This document shows, piece after piece, positions 61,331 through 64,000 of a stretch of 64,000 nt of DNA (position 1 is its first letter; the number at the start of each line of letters is the position of its first letter). The position numbers were made by a program, and so were the translations under genes. Source of the stretch: Ostrea edulis. Its lineage: Eukaryota. The stretch is from assembly GCF_947568905.1 (NCBI RefSeq), contig NC_079168.1:12090001-12154000 (forward strand). The letters run 5' to 3'. A model generated the notes under the pieces. It saw only the letters and a list, made by a program, of their open reading frames with translations. It searched no databases and was not told where the DNA came from.

Positions 61331-62603
61331 TTTAACCGAGTTGCAACGAAGTTGAACTCGACTATTGGTTTGGTGATGCGGGCGTCAACAATTGGTTTCC
61401 GGATGATAACTCGAAAAGTTTACAATCTAATCAAATGAAACTTTGATATATTGTTGGGTACCAGGTAAGGAAGAACCCTATTAATTTTGGAGAAAAAAGG
61501 TCAAGGTCACAGTGACCGAAAATAGAATGAAAATTTCAGAAAAATTTGGTTTCCGGATGATAACTCCGAAAGTTTAAATCCGAATCAAATGAAACTTTGA
61601 TATATTGTTGGGTACCAGGTAAGGAAGACCCCTATTGATTTTGGAGAACAAAGGTCAAGGCCACAGTGACCGAAAATAGAATGAAAATTTCAGAAAAATT
61701 TGGTTTCCGGATGATAACTCCGAAAGTTTAAATCCGAATCAAATGAAACTTTGATATATTGTTGGGTACCAGGTAAGGAAGACCCCTATTGATTTTGGAG
61801 AACAAAGGTCAAGGCCACAGTGACCGAAAATAGAATGAAAATTTCAGAAAAATTTGGTTTCTGGATGATAACTCCGATAGTTTAAATCCGAATCAAATGA
61901 AACTTTGATATATTGTTGGGTACCAGGTAAGGAAGACTCCTATTGATTTTGGAGAACAAAGGTCAAGGTCACAGTGACCGAAAATAGAATGAAAATTTCA
62001 GAAAAATTTGGTTTCTGGATGATAACTCCGATTCAAATGAAACTTTGATATATTGTTGGGTACCAGGTAAGGAAGACCCCTATTGATTTTAGAGAAAATA
62101 GGTCAAAGGTCAAGGTCACAGTGACCGAATTTAGAATGAAAATTTCAGAAATATTTGGTTTCCGGATGATAACTCAGAACGTTTAAATCCGAATCAAATG
62201 ATACTTACAGATATTGTTATGCACCAGGTAAGGAAGACCCCTATTGATTTTGGAGAAAATAGATCAAAGGTCAAGGTCACAGTGACCAAATATAGAATGA
62301 AATTTCAGAAATATTTGGTTTCTGGATGATAACTCAGAAAGTTTAAATCCGAATCAAATGATACTTGGATATATTGTTGGATACCATCAAAGCAAGGCCC
62401 CTATTGATTTTGGAGAACAAAGGTCAAAGTCACAGTGACCGAATATAGATTGAAAACTTCAGACAAATATGGTTTCTGGACAGTAACTCGAAAAGTTTAA
62501 AACTGAAATTAGTTCTTTACAATTATAAATATGCCACATCATTCCTGACTTTACAATGTATCCCATGCAACTCGGCTCATGCACCCCTGGGTGCATATAC
62601 TGA
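61331..62603 (+). mobile_element. HINE-like element carrying about 7 copies of a 154-bp satellite unit
   Basis: 5' CCGAGTTGC plus palindrome. Units at 61394, 61548, 61702, 61856, 62010, 62157, 62317 and 62471. 3' GCAACTCGG plus hairpin ATGCACCC/GGGTGCAT. Confidence 0.8.
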
Positions 62604-64000
62604 TTTTCAGATATAAATAGTTATTTCAGAAATTCACTTTCTGTGAAATTCTTAATTCAAAAGTTTGTGTGTTATACAGCGAAAACTTTCATTGCAATAT
62701 CCATTAAATGACAAATTGGTTCACTTGTGTAAAACACAGTTACAGCACTTTGCCATAAGCAATTAATCACTGTATTACACATGGTGGTCACTTCCTCAAT
62801 CAGATTTTTAAAAATCCATTGTTTGCAGCACCTCAAATGAAAGGGACATCAAAGAATACCTCAGAACTTTCAGACCTTTAATTCCAATGTTTAAATTCAA
62901 AAGTACAAATAATATATTTATTGCAACTGACATTTTCGTATTTGTAAATTTGCAGTATTGTAAATGACCTGAAAAGCAGTGGGCAAACAAAGACAGTATG
63001 GTATATGTAAATAACACAATTGATCTGAACAAACTTTTACTGAATGAGATTGAGAAATGCAATTTCAAACAGATTTTTAAATATCTTTAACCCCTTTCTC
63101 CTACAAATTCGCAATAAAGATATTTCTTATCTGCAAACTTGAATAAGACATACATTGTAGATGGGTGGGTTTTTTTATCAATTAAATGCAATACATTCAC
63201 TCCATGGTTTAATAATGATCATGCATGAGCTGGATGCAAACTTTGCTTAGGAACCACATAAACTATCCATGCACATCGAATAAAAGCACCCAGGCAGAAA
63301 GTCTTTCTGTAGATAAAACATGAAAACAAAACAGTAGAGAAATTGACAACAGTCAATTATTATTATATCAACTTGTGAAAATGTCAGATATTCAACAATG
63401 TTATGCACATTAAGTGTTCATTTTTCACATCGATATAAAAAATAAAACATACAGTTTTTACAGAGTTCGGCTTCCATACTTTTAAACATACATGCTCCCA
63501 ATTACACAGGCCTTCACAGTTTGGCAATGAGGAATTCCTACACGACCCTTAAATAAATCTATTTACACGAAAATCAAAATTGGAAGAAAAAAATGACAGT
63601 TGTATTCAATTCAGTACATGTATTGCTATTTATAAATTGTCAGCTTTTATAATTAAATATTGTCTAAACTTGACACAATTTACATTTCGTCATATTCGAC
63701 TATGATCTAACATTTGTCATTTCGCAAATTCACAATAATATAAATTGTTATATGACCACTAACAATAATTCGTTACGATGCATGTATAGTCATATCACAA
63801 TACATCTGAATGAGGAAATGGCCTTGTGGATTTCTGAAATCCTCGGAACTGTAATCCAGCTGAAATTGGCCAAGTGCAATGGTAACATTCTGTTCAATAG
63901 TAAGAACGAACTTTCACTATGCAATGTACAATTTTTCATATTTTTTGGTCATGCCAAATAAAATAATGTGTGTGATTCCGGTTACACTCCCATGAAAAAT

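Overview
AT-rich eukaryotic (animal) genomic DNA. The repeat families look like those of a bivalve, probably an oyster; this is my recollection, not a database result. Two spliced host genes can be fully rebuilt by hand and lie head-to-head. CFAP53/CCDC11 is on the minus strand (8 coding exons, 39824-44022, about 510 aa, with one GC-AG intron). SKA1 is on the plus strand (5 coding exons, 48550-56186, about 272 aa). Between them is a short promoter with a TCTCGCGAGA palindrome and ETS sites. The most prominent accessory feature is an intact, apparently very young DIRS1-type tyrosine-recombinase retrotransposon (31419-36743). It has gag, RT/RNaseH/MT and YR frames, identical 121-bp inverted terminal repeats and an internal complementary region. 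It appears to have inserted exactly at an AG|exon-like boundary, and its own 3' end supplies a replacement AG. The rest of the window is a mosaic of non-autonomous DNA transposons (MULE-, Tc/mariner-, Kolobok-, Harbinger-, hAT- and Helentron/HINE-like), SINE fragments and minisatellites. Three of the minisatellites abut SKA1 splice sites, and two of those repeat splice-site-like motifs. Most other ORFs in the supplied track are repeat or antisense artefacts. Family names for the non-autonomous repeats rest on TIR/TSD patterns only.
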